From: the human T2T-CHM13v2.0 reference genome, Homo sapiens
Assembly: GCF_009914755.1 (NCBI RefSeq)
Contig: NC_060935.1
Reading direction: 5' to 3' (one strand)
DNA length: 64,000 bases
The notes below the pieces were generated by a model. That model did not search any database. It saw nothing but the letters and a program-made list of their open reading frames with translations, and was not told the DNA's origin. Below, piece by piece: positions 45,501-62,345 of the stretch (position 1 is the first letter of the stretch; the number at the start of each line of letters is the position of its first letter). The position numbers and the translations under genes are program-made.

Positions 45501-48310
45501 TTCTGATGTGGGTATTTATTGCTATAGATTTCCCTTTAGCACTGTTTTTTGCTGTATCATATAGGTTTTATTAGGTTGTTTTCCATTTTCATTTGTTTTT
45601 TTTTAATTCTTCTTAATTTTCTCATTGATCCAATGGTAATTCAGGGAAATATTATTTAATTTCCATTTACTTGTACAGTTTTCAAATTTCCTCTTGTTAC
45701 TGATTTCTAGATTTATTTTATTGTGGTCTTAGAAAATACTTGATATTATTTTAAGTTTATAAATTTTGTTGCGAGTTGCATTGTGGTCTAACATATGGTC
45801 TATCTTGGAGAATGTTCCGTGTGCTGATGAGAAGAATGTGTATTCGGCAGCTGTTGCATAAAATGTTCTATAAATATCTGTCAGGTCCATTTGGTCTGTA
45901 GTGCAGTTTAAATCCAATGTTTTATTGTTGATTTTCTGTCTAGGTGCTTAGAGTGGGTGCTTAGAGTGGGTGTTGACGTTCCCACCACTGTACTGAAGTC
46001 TTGCTTTAGATTTAATAATATTTGTTTTATATATATGAGTGTTTTGATGTTGAGTGCATATATATTTAGAATTGTTATATCCTCTTGCCAAACTGATTCC
46101 TTTATCATTATATAATATCTTTCTTTTTCTCTTTTTACAGTTTTTATGCAAAGTCTGTTTTTAATCTTACATAAATATAGCTAACCCTGCTCACTTTTGG
46201 TTTCCATTTGTGTGGGATATCTTTTTCCATTCCTTCACTTTCAGTTGATATGTGTCCTCATAGGTGATTTGAGTTTATTGTAGGCAGCATAGATTTTGAT
46301 CTTTGAAAAAAATCCATTCAGTCAGTCTTTATTATTTAAGTGGACAATATAATACATTTACGTTCAAGGTTATTATTGACAGATAATGACTTATTCAGGT
46401 CATATCGCCAATTGTCTCCTGATTGATTGTGTTGTATATCCTTTGCTCCTTTCTTTTGGTTTAACACTGAGGTTTGGTGGTTTTGGTAGTTATTTACAGT
46501 AGTAACATTTGAATCCTTTCTCTTTCTTGTTTGTGTGTCTGCTCTGTATGTGAGATATATACTTTCATGTGTTTTCATAATGGTAAATATTTTCCTTTCA
46601 TTTCCAGATGTAGGACTCCCTTAACTACTTTGTGTGGGGCCAGTCTAATGGTGATTAATTCTCTCAGTTTCTGCTTGTATGAGGAAGACATCATTTCTCC
46701 TTTATTTTTGAATAGTAGCTTTGCTGGGTATAATATTCTTGTCTGTCAGGTTTTTTCTTCAATACTTCGAACATATCATCTCATTCTCTCCTGGCCTGTA
46801 AAGTTCCTGCTAAGAAATTCACTGTTAGTCTGATGGGAGTTTTCTTATATGTGACATGACACATTTATCTTGTTGGTTTTAGAATTATCTTTGTCTTTGA
46901 CTTTTGACAATTTGAATATAATGTGCCTTGGTAAGATCTTTTTGATTTGAATCTATTTGCAGATGTTTGAGCTTCCTGTATCTGGAAGTCTATATCGCTT
47001 GCAAGATTTCAGAAGTTTTTAGTGATCATTTTGTCAAATAGGTTTTCTCTATACTTTTCCATCTCTTTTCCTCCTGTAACACCCCAAATTAAAGCATTTG
47101 GCTGCTTTATGGTATCCCATATGTCACATAGCCTTGCTTATAGTTGATTATTTTTATATTTTCTTTTATTTTCTCTCTATATAGAGAAATAAACAATAAA
47201 ATAATATACAGATAAAAGATTATATCCAACTGAGTTATTTCAAAAGACCTATCTTCAAGTATGGAATTTTTTTCTTTAGCTTGATCTAGTCTATTGCTGA
47301 GGATCTCAGTTATATTGTTTATTTCATTCGTTGAATTCTTCATTTCCAGAAGTTCTGTTTAGTTCTTTTTTATGATATCTATCACTTTTTTGAATGTTTC
47401 ATTTAGATCATAAATTGATTTTCTGGTTTGCTGGAATTGTTTATGTGTTTTCTCTTGAAACTCACTGAGCTTCTTTGGTATCCTTATTTTGAATTCTTTT
47501 TAAGGCTATTTATTGGATTCTTTTTTGTTTGAATTTGTTGCATGAGAATTATTCCAGTTTTTTGGAGGTGCCGTGTTTCCTTTTTCCTGTTTCTTGTGTC
47601 CTCACATTGGTATCTGTTCAACTGATGTAACAGTTGCTTATAACAATTTGGTTTTTGGTATTGGATTTCATAAGCAAAGACTTTTTCCTGTAGACCTATC
47701 TATAGTGTTGTTTGGGTAGATTGCCTTACCTTTAATTCTAGATGTGTGCAGTAGCATAGTCTCTGTATTTTGTCTGTGAGCAGCATCAGTGATATCTGTA
47801 ATTTCCTCTGTGGCTTAGACTGCTTTTGTTAGTGGAGGCTGTGGTAAGGCTTTACTGAGGAAGGGAACACCGAGTCAAGCCAGTCTTGTGCCCCTGTGGC
47901 AGCGATGGCAGGCCAAGTAGAATGCCTGTTCTTTGGTCCCAAGCAATATATGTGGGCACTGGTGTTAGTTAACAGGTTCAGGTGGGCTAATTCTTTGGCT
48001 TTCATGCATTTTGGTTGGGGCTGGCAGCTGCAGCAGTGGGTTGGATGGGTGGGTGGGTCCTTAAGATCCTGGTCAGTGTATGTAATGTCAGTGATAGCAG
48101 TAGTTGTGGTGGGCAAACCCTTGGGCATGCAGGTAGCAGAATGTGCTGATGCCAGTGGTGGTGGTGATGGGCTGGGTGAATCAGTCACTAGTTTCCCAGG
48201 TGACATGTGCAGGTGGGTGCTGACAATGGTTGTGACAATAGGATGGGCAGGCTGGTCATTAGGCCCCTGGGAGGGGTGTGCAGATGCTGGTGATGGTTGG
48301 TAGGGTGAGG
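42550..48310 (-). mobile_element. Near-full-length decayed L1MA4/5-like element
   Basis: Antisense ORF2 fragments (MDLTDIYRTFY...TFFSSAHGTFSKIDHML; ILSIDAEK), ORF1 at about 46.7-47.6 kb and GC-richer 5' UTR at about 47.8-48.3 kb. Confidence 0.88.
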
Positions 48311-49199
48311 TGATCCCCAGAAGAGAGATGGTGGCCAAATCATGTATGGCCATGAACCATATTGGATTGTACTCAGATGAAATAAGGGGCAAGTCAAGTA
48401 TTTTTTTTAATGTGACTTGCCAGGTTTATATTTTATAAAGAAAACAAGTAGTAGCTTAAAAAATCAATTAGAGAAGAGCAAGCCAGGAGGCAATCGTCAG
48501 CATTAAAGTAAATGGTAGATGTTTAAAAATGGAGAAAAAATTGTTGGTATACAAGCAATATTATTTTTATAAACTTAAAGCCTTGACATAATTATATGTA
48601 TTTTATTACTAATTATAAAATTACATTATTATGTAAAGGAAGTAATAAAAAATCCCTCAAGTGGTTTTAAATCATGTTCTTCTTTTCCAAAAATAAGTTA
48701 TTTGATAACAGCCTTGTTAATATTTTAATTGATGACTTATGGCCTAAAGGATCTTTCATACCAGTATATAACAAACCAATTTTGTAATTAGTAAGAATGA
48801 TTCAAGTGACAATTTTCCAAACTGTTGCATTTAGTAGATTTTGCAGAGTAAGACTGTTATGCTGTACAATATTTTTGAAAACTTTATTTTTAAGCTCTGA
48901 GCCATCTTAACTATAAATCTCTATAAGAAGAATTCTACCTTCAAATAGACTGTATAAATATAGAAAATAATACGATAATTGGCTGTTTGTTTTTATTAAT
49001 TATAAAATTCTGGAGTCATATTCTATTTTATATTTCATAAGCATTGAATTTAATTATAAAAATTAAGTGACATATTAGAGCCTGTATGAAAAGAGAATTA
49101 AAGAAAAGCAAACAAACTATGAGAAATTTTATTGCCATATTTCTATTTTTCTTTTCACCATGTTAAGCATTTCACCTTCTTAAGCATTTGCTTTAATCC

Positions 49200-50110
49200 T
49201 CTGGCACATTGTTTTATAGCTGCAAGATGTCTACTATACTCGGAGAAATCACATTTTCATTGACTATGTCAGAAGGTTGGGGAAAGGTGAGGAGGGACAA
49301 AGGGCATTCTCCTCATGCTACTCTTGCCTTCGTGTATTAGTCAGGGTTCTCCAGAGAAACAGAACCAATAGAAGATACATAGATATAGATGATATAGATA
49401 GATCTAGATATAGATATAAATATAGATGATGTATAGACGTATAGATAAAAGATTTATTCTAGGAATTGGCTCATGTAGTTATTCAGATAAGAAGTTCCAT
49501 GATCTGCTGTCTCCAAGCCGAGGAACCAGGAAAGCCTGTGGTGTAATTCAGTCCAAGTCTGAAGGCTTGTGGTGGTGGAGGGGACCTATTAGATGATGGT
49601 GTAAGTTCAGGTCTGAGTCTGAAGGCTTAAGGACCAGGAGCTTCACTATGCAAATACAGGAGAAGATGAATAACTCAACTCAAGCAGAGAGCAAATTTGC
49701 CCTTCCTCCATCTTTTATTTTGTTCAGTTTTTTTCTCAGTGAATTGAATATGCTCAGCCACGTTGGGGAAGGACATCTGCTTTAGCCAGCTCACCAAGTC
49801 AGATGCTGGCCTCTTTCAGAAACATCCTCACAAACATACACAGAAGTTGTCTTACCATCTATCTGGGCATCCCTTAGCTCACAAGTTAACACAAAATTAA
49901 CCTTCACACTTAATCAGGGAGAAACATTTTTTTTTCTTAAATCTCAGAAGTATATTTTATCTGCTATTGGCCAAAATTGAGTTCCATTCCAATCCTAGGA
50001 CCTAGCAGAGGTATAGGAACACCATGATTGGCTCAGGCAAATAAAGATGTATCCCTTGGAGCTGGACACGTTATTTCTGAATAAAATTGAGGTTTCGCTA
50101 GCATGGAATG
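49200..50110. mobile_element. MLT1J/K-type LTR split by an MLT2
   Basis: gctgcaagatg..., ttggccaaaattgagt, ccatgattggctcagg, aaaattgaggtttcgctagc. Confidence 0.55.
49334..49908 (-). mobile_element. MLT2A/B ERVL LTR
   Basis: tgtattagtcagggttctccagagaaacagaaccaatag...ggaattggctcatg...acaaaattaaccttcaca. Confidence 0.9.
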
Positions 50111-51326
50111 ATCAGATATTCTATACTCATGATAAATTATCTGCAAGCAAAATGATGTCAGCCTATGGGAGAGAGAGAAACTAACATTTGTTGAAAGCCT
50201 GTGTTTGTCAGTTACTATGCTCTAAGCTTTCTACAGGTTAGGGAAGAAAAAGCAAATCTGATATTTTAAAAATAAGATTACTGCCACATTTTGCATCTCT
50301 TTATCTTTGGGTTAACACTTTTAACATCTTTAATATCTTTAAAGGTTAAAATGTTAATTTGTTTATAAATATGTATTCAACATAAAAATCAGTGAAAAAT
50401 GTTGAAGAGCAGAAACTATATCCAAAATGTCAGAAGCTCCTATATTTTTGATTAATTCAATCATTTAGACTATATAGGTATTTACAGAGTATGGATGTAG
50501 GTACACCAAAAAGTTTAAAGAAAATATCCTAAGAGATGTACATCTATTGAGGGGAACCAAGTTTTGAAAATCTAAATTTTTATTACAAAAAAATAAAGCA
50601 GTGTAATGAAAAACAAACTTGGAGTAAGAGTGTGAATGTGGATAAAACAATCACTGATAGAAGACTTTTTCTGTATTCTCATTATTGCTTCCTTTATGAT
50701 CCTTAGGTGTAAAGACAGTTTATATTCTTTCATACTCTTCAGTTCACAGTATGCCATATTCATAGGTCTGTCTATTCAAAGCTATCCCTTTTGTGTTTTA
50801 CTTTACTTCATTTTATATCATCAATTCCACTTTATTTTAGTTCTCCCTTTCCTCTGATCTGCTTTTCTATACTCCTCCATCCTCATCTGTTCCCACTCTC
50901 CTGAATTAATGTGTTCTGAAATATGCGTGAAACATAACATATGTAATGTTGTGATATGTGTGCTTTAATTTACAGACATGATATTTAAATATAAATCACA
51001 TTATTTTCCTTTTTGACACTATTTTTGAGGTATAGCCATGTTTCTACTGCTCCACAGTATTGCATTCACCATGCTTTGCTGAGGCATTCTCCATGTAATG
51101 CTCCATTTTGATGCCTAGAAAAATTCATTGCTATAAAGAGGACAGTTCCAAGATGGCCGAATAGGAACATCTCCAGTCTACAGCTCCCGGTGTAAGCGAT
51201 GCAGAAGATGGGTGATTTCTGCATTTCCAACTGAGGTACCGGGTTCATCTCACTGGGGCTTGTCGGACAGCGGGTGCAGGACAGTGGGTGCAGCCCACCG
51301 AGTGTGAGCCGAAACAGGGCAAGGCA

Positions 51327-51590
51327 TCACCTCACCCAGGAAGCACAAGGGGTCAGGGAATTCCCTTTCATAGCCAAGGGAAGCTGTGACAGATGGCACC
51401 TGGAAAATCGGGTCACTCCCACCCTAATAATGCACTTTTCCAACGGTCTTAGCAAACGGCATACCAGGAGATTATATCCCGTGCCTGGCTTGGAGGGTCC
51501 CATGCCCACAGAACCTCGCTCATTCCTAGCACAACGGTCTGAGATCAAACTGCAAGGCGGCAGCAAGGCTGGGGGAGGGGCGCCCGTCAT
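51327..51590 (-). other. Open L1 ORF0 homologue (87 aa) in the antisense 5' UTR
   Basis: MTGAPPPALLPPCSLISDRCARNERGSVGMGPSKPG...IRVGVTRFSRC resembles primate L1 ORF0. Confidence 0.75.
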
Positions 51591-52164
51591 TGCTGAGGCT
51601 TGAGTAGGTAAACAAAGCGGCCAGGAAGTTCGAACTGGGTGGAGCCCACCACAGCTCAAGGAGGCCAGCTTGCCTCTGTAGACTCCACCTCTGGGGGCAG
51701 GGCATAGCCGAACAAAAGGCAGCAGAAACCTCTGCAGACTTAAATGTCCCTGTCTGACAGCTTTGAAGAGAGGAGTGGTTCTCCCCGCACAGAGTTTGAG
51801 ATCTGAGAACGGTCAGGCTGCCTCCACAAATGGGTTCCTGACCCCCGAGTAGCCTAACTGGGAGGCATACCCCGTAGGGGCAGACTGACACCTAACACGG
51901 CCATGTACCCCTTTGAGACGAAGCTTCCAGAGGAACGATCAGGCAGCAACAGTTGCTGTTCAGCAATATTCGCTGCTGTGCAGCCTCTGCTGCTGACACC
52001 TAGGCAAACAGTGTCTGGAGTGGACCTCCAGCAAACTCCAACAGGAGTGCAGCTGAAGGTCCTGACTCTTAGAAGGAAAACTAACAAACAGAAAGGACAT
52101 CCACAATAAAACCCCATCTGTACGTCACCATCATCAAAGACCAAAGGTAGAAAAATCCATGAAG

Positions 52165-53180
52165 ATGGTGGAAAAACAGAGCAGAAAAGCTGAAAATACT
52201 AAAAATCAGAACACCTCTCCCTCTCCAAAGGAACGCAGCTCCTTGCCAGCAATGGAACAAAGCTGGATGGAGAATGACTTTGACAAGCTGAGAAAAGAAG
52301 CCTTCAGATGATCAAACTACTCCGAGCTAAAGGAGGAAGTTCAAACCCATCGCGAAGAAGCTAAAAACCTTGAAAAAAGATTAGACAAATGGCTAACTAG
52401 AATAAACAGTGTAGAGAAGTCCTTAAATGACCTGATGGAGCTGAAAACCATGGCACGAGAACTACATGATGAATGCACAAGCTTCATTAGCTGATTCGAT
52501 CAACTGGAAGGAAGGGTATCAGTGATTGAAGATCAAATGAATGAAATGAAGCAAGAAGAGAATTTTAGAGAAAAAAGAGTAAAAAGAAATGAACAAAGCC
52601 TCCAAGAAATATGGGACTATGTGAAAAGACCAAATCTACATCTGATTGGTGTACCTGAAAGTGACGGGGAGAATGGAATCAATTTGGAAAACACTCTGCA
52701 GGATATTATCCAGGAGAACTTCCCCAACCTAGCAAGGCAGGCCAACATTCAAATTCAGGAAATACAGAGAATGCCACAAAGATACTCCTCGAGAAAAGCA
52801 ACTCCAAGACACGTAATTGTCAGATTCACCAAAGTTGAAATGAAGGAAAAATGTTAAGGGCAGCCAGAGAGAAAGGTCGGGTTACCCACAAAGGGAAGCC
52901 CATCAGACTAACAGCAGATCTCTCAGCAGAAACTCTACAAGCCAGAAGAGAGTGGGGGCCAATATTCAACATTCTTAAAGGGAAAAATTTTCAACCCATA
53001 ATTTCTTATCCAGCCAAATTAAGTTTCATAAATGAAGGAGAAATAAAATTCTTTACAGACAAGCAAATGCTGAGAGATTTTCTCACCACCAGGCCTGCCC
53101 TAAAAGAGCTTCTGAAGGAAGCACTAAACGTGGAAAGGAACAACCGATACTAGCCACTGCAAAAACATGCAAATTGTAAA
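52165..53180 (+). pseudogene. Disrupted L1 ORF1p
   Basis: EQSLQEIWDYVKRPNL and YPAKLSF fragments; in-frame stops and a frameshift near 52850. Confidence 0.92.
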
Positions 53181-53240
53181 GATGATCGACGCTACAAAGA
53201 ATCTCCATCAACTAACGGCAAAATAACCAGCTAACATTAT

Positions 53241-57073
<3,833 letters not shown>

Positions 57074-58104
57074 ACATTGAGAACACTTGGACACAGGAAG
57101 GGGAACATCACACACCGGGGCCTGTTGTTGAGGGGGAGGGATAGCATAAGGAGATATACCTAATGTAAATGACGAGTTAATGGGTGCAGCACACCAACAT
57201 GGCACATGTATACATATGTAACAAACCTGCACGTTGTGCACGTGTACCCTAGAACTTAAAGTATAATAAAAAAAAAAAGAAAGGGTAGATTCTTTTAATG
57301 GGATAATATGCCCATATTAGTTTATGTATCAGTAAAGATATGGTGAGAGACCACCACAGTGATTTAGAGAATAGGATTTCATACAGAGAATTGGAAGAGT
57401 TTGCGTAGATAATGTCAGAAAAGTTTTCTGTTGGGTTTCAGATTGCTTCCCATCTTCCATGACATCAGGAATGTGAGGACCTCGAGGAAAGCACCTCCAG
57501 TGTTCATGGGTGGGTAATTCTCAAGAACACACATGGAAGTTGCTACGAAAATCTCACATCTGCTGAATCCCATACCATTGCCTGCTGCTGTCACACTGTA
57601 TCCTGTACACCTTCTGAATCACGTGTGAGTGCTTTTTGTTGAAAGATCTACAATAGCACTAAATTTTGGAAAATGTATTTCCATACTTCCATCTTCCGTG
57701 ACATATGATAAAATATAGAGGAGAGTGGAGATTACAGTTTGTTTTCAATAAACAATATCTAGCGTATCAGGCTTAAGCATGCCGTATTTTGATAAAGAGT
57801 ACTAACTGGATTCTACGAATGGTCATTTTTACACACTTACACCAGGGCCTAAAATCTATCTCCTCTTGTTTTTACAATTTACTAGAAATTATACATATTT
57901 CTACCGTTCAAGGTACATGTAAACTAGAATCTTACAATTGCTTTTGGTCTGGGTTTCTCTAATATCTAGTAGATTCAAGTATCTTTTTATATGCTTTTTA
58001 GCCATTCAAGCCTATAGTTCTCTAAACTGCTCATTAATATCTCTTGTCACCTTATAATGGTTTTTCTAATTATTTTTATTTGATTTAGATATTCTTTAGT
58101 ACAT

Positions 58105-58481
58105 TGATGTGGTTAGGCTTGTGTCTTCATCCAAATCTCATCTTGAGTTGTAATCCCATGATCCCCATGTGTCCAGGGAGAGACCAGGTAGAGGCAACTG
58201 CATTATGGGAGCAGTTTCTCCCATGCTGTTCTCATGATAGTGAGTAAGTTCTCATGAGATCTGATGGTTTTATAAAGGACTCTTCCCCCATGGCTGGGCA
58301 CCTCTCCTTCCTGCTGCCTTGTGAACAAGGTGCTTTGCATCCCCTTCACCTTCCACCATGATTGTAAGTTTCCTGAGGCCTCCCCAGCCATGCTGAACTG
58401 TGATTAAATTAAACCTCTTCCCTTTATAAATTACCCAGTCTCAGGCTGTTCTTAATAGCAGTATGAAAACAGACTAATATG
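58105..58481 (+). mobile_element. THE1D-like solo LTR
   Basis: tgatgtggttaggc...tttataaattacccagtctcagg...gactaata; perfect 5-bp TSD tacat. Confidence 0.9.
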
Positions 58482-58512
58482 TACATTATAGATATTTATC
58501 CCTTGGCCATTT

Positions 58513-59590
58513 CATTTTTATTTTTATTTTACTTTAAGTTCGGGATACATGTGCAGAACATGCAAGTTTGTTACATAGGTATACACGTGCCATGGTTGTT
58601 TGCTGCACCTATTGATCTGTCCTGTTAATTCGGTCCCCATGCCTCCCACCCCTCAACAGACCCTGGTGTGTGTAGTTCCCCAACCTGTGTCCACATGTTC
58701 TCATTGTTCAAGACCCACTTATGAGTGAGAACATGCAGTGTTTGGTTTTCTGTTCCTGTGTTAGTTTGTTGAGGATAGTGGCTTTCAGCTTCATCCATGT
58801 CCCTGCAAAGGACATGATCTAATTCCTTCCTAATGGCTGCATAGTGTCCCATAATGTATATGTACCACATTTTCTTTATCCAGTCTATCATTGATGAGCA
58901 TTTGGGTTGGTTCCATGTCTTTGCTATTGTAAATAGTGCTGCAATAAACATACATGTGCATGTGTGAATGTGTCTTTATAGTAGCATGATTTATATTCTT
59001 TTGGGTATATACCCAGTAATGGGATTGCTGGGTCAATGGTATTTCTGGTTCTAGATCCTTGAGGAATCGCCATACTGTCTTCCACAATGGTTGAATTCAT
59101 TTACCTTCCCACCAACGGTGTAAGAGTGTTCCTATTTCTCCATAGCCTCACCAGTATCTTTTTTTTCTTGACTTTTAAATAATTGCCATTCTGACTGGCA
59201 TGAGATGGTATCTCATCGTGGTTTTCATTTGCATTTCTCTAATACCCAATGATGTTGAGCTTTTTTCATGTTTTTTGGCCACGTAAATGTTTTCTTTTGA
59301 GAAGTGTCTGTTCATATCCTTTGCCCACTTTTTGATGTTTTTTTTTCTTGTAAATTTAAGTTCCTTGTAAATTCTGGGTATTAGACCTTTGTCAGATGGG
59401 TAGATTGCAAAACTTTTCTTCTATTCTGTAGGTTGCCTGTTCACTCTGATGATAGTTTCTTCTTCTGTACAGAAGCTCTTTAGTTTTATTATACTTAGTT
59501 AAATGTTTACTTAATTAGATCCCATTTGTCAATTTTGGCTTTTGTTGCAATTGCTTTTGGTGTTTTCGTCATGAAGTCTTTGCCCATGCC
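58513..59590 (-). mobile_element. 5'-truncated L1PA8-like element
   Basis: MFIAALFTIAKTWNQPKC fragment; TSD ccttggccattt at 58501 and 59589. Confidence 0.9.
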
Positions 59591-61415
59591 TTGGCCATTT
59601 TAGATGACATAAACATCTTCTCCCAGCCGCATGTGTTTCTTCACTTTAACTAACTTACATTGAATAGAAATCAATTGTTAATCATATGACTTTTAACTTT
59701 GGTATCTTATAAAAAATTACTTTCCTAGCCTTTGGTAAATACTACCCCACCATTTTTACAATTAGCTTATCATGTGTAACTTTAAGAAGCTTTCATTAAT
59801 GTGTCACTTCATATTGTGAATTTGAATAAAATATAAATAAAAAGGGACTCGCCTATGCTCAGCAGTAATGTGACCATTTTATGCAATTGAATTTTTGAAT
59901 ATCATTTATAGAGTCATGGTAGAGTTTACTTTGTTTTCTAAATGTTCCTATCTTTGTTTATAAATTATTTACAGTTTAATAATATTTATGATTTATTTAT
60001 TATTAATATGATCAGTAAGATTTGGGTTTTATCCTGTACATGTTCTGTTTTGTTTTGTTAACTGATATCTTTGCTTATTAACTTAGACATGGTATCTGTT
60101 GGGCTCTGCCTTTCTCAAAACTGAGGGTCCTCTGCCTTCTGCACATTAATTTCTTTGTTAATGAATAAAAGAGGGACATATCCAAAAAACTTTTCTTTGT
60201 TGCAGGGGAGTAACTTTCTGATGGAAGTATGAGCTAAAAATAAACTTTCCCCACAGGGGACAGGAATAGAGGTGCCATTTCTTGGCATGAAAGTGCCTTC
60301 AGAACACCCCTCTTCTCCCACTTCATGAATATAGCATTTTAGGATTGGGTGAGAGACTCAGTTACTTTTTAAAGTACTTGCATTCTTAGTTACGCACTGA
60401 TCAATCCTTCAAAATGGCTATGCATCCAGAATCAAGTAGAATGTTCTATAAAAAAGCTGAAGCCATAATAATGGACAGAGGTGAATTAACATCTTTTATT
60501 TTACATTTTGGGATTCATTATTTTGCTTTTACAAGAAGAACAAAAATTGTAAGTATTCATGGCCTTTCCTCCTACCCACCTCACCTTCTACAGAATGTTA
60601 TATCTCTGCCTGCTCAGCCCCTGGGCTTTCGCTGTCTGCATTGTTGGTAATGGGAGGGGAAATAGAACTGGAAGAGCAAGGAAATCAATAGTCACATCAT
60701 GAATGCAGAGTTGTAAAAAGAGTAAAGAAGAGAATAATGGGAAAGCCAAAAAAAAAAAAAAAAAAGGGAAGTAAGCAAACTCAAACAGGATTATATGTGA
60801 TCTGAAACTGAGAATACTTAGAAAATAAGAGCTTTTGATGGCAACTGAGGGCTTATAAAATGTTGAGAGAAGACTTGTGGAAAGGGGCTTGGAGAGAGAG
60901 CTTGTAGAAAAACATTAAAATTTTTCTGTGTCTTAGGAGATTTGCTTCTTTAATGCTTTACAGAGTCTTAAATACTTAAACTGCCTTTCAATTTTCTACG
61001 CAAGTCTGATGATTATTTAATTATAACTGTGCTCAGACTTAGCTGAAGATAGCTCAAATTTCTGTGGGTTCATTTGATTCATTTTGTCCTTAGAATAAAA
61101 AAAAATTTTAAGTAAATATGCCATTATGTTATATTCTCTTAACTAAGAAGTGCATGTGTGTGTGTGTGTGAGAGAGAGATTTTAAAATATTTTACTGATA
61201 ATTTTTCTGCTGATTATATGAAATTTTGTGTTACATTGCTTAAGCACATGCTCAAGCACAAAACACAGAAAAGAACATTTTACAAAATACTGGCTCAAGA
61301 ATATTACCATTGGAGCTCTGTAGTCCTACAACCTAGATAGCTAAACACTTTCTATATAGTGAATATATAGTAGCTATTTAAATTGATGTAAGTGAAGACA
61401 AATCTAGACACATAA

Positions 61416-61808
<393 letters not shown>

Positions 61809-61827
61809 GACTTGTACGTTCAAAACT

Positions 61828-62345
61828 AGTGATTTTGCAGAGTTTCCTAGGTTTCTGGCGTCTCAAACACCGTTTCATGGGGTACATGAAGTCATACTAT
61901 TTAATAGCAATGCTAAAATGTTATTTACCTTTTTGCTTTTAGTTCTTCCATGAGTGTACACTGGAGTTTTCCAGCAGCTATATCCCATGTAATATTGCAA
62001 AAGATTAAATGCAGAAACATAGATGAATAACCATCTTCCTTCTATTAAGGCTGATATTTTTAAAGTTCTGACAACTATAAAACGAGGTGACTCTTTTCAC
62101 CATTTTTGTTTTAAAAATATAGTCTTTTTTATTAAACTGTTATTTATGCTAGCATTAAATGGTTCATTTTATTGCTATTTTAAATAAATTAATATATAAC
62201 TATATATTTAACTTATTTCAATTTTAATTTCTTACGTAGTAAATATTAATAAATGTATTCATCAGCAATAGAACCTTTTTAGGGACTTTAATATATTTTC
62301 AGAGTGCAAAGTGGCTCTGAGACCATAAAATTTGAGAATTTCAGC
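61828..62345 (+). mobile_element. Charlie1b-like hAT DNA transposon
   Basis: catgagtgtacactggagttttccag...agattaaatgcagaa...ttctattaagg...ctgagaccataaaatttgagaa. Confidence 0.75.

Noticed and set aside
45943-45972. Short tandem duplications (gtgcttagagtgg x2; similar ones at about 6151 and 24960)
   Set aside because: These are common slippage products with no sign of function.
47829-48392. 187-aa Pro/Thr/His-rich ORF and its 135-aa antisense partner
   Set aside because: They lie in the GC-richer 5' UTR of the L1MA element and show no recognisable domain or splice context.
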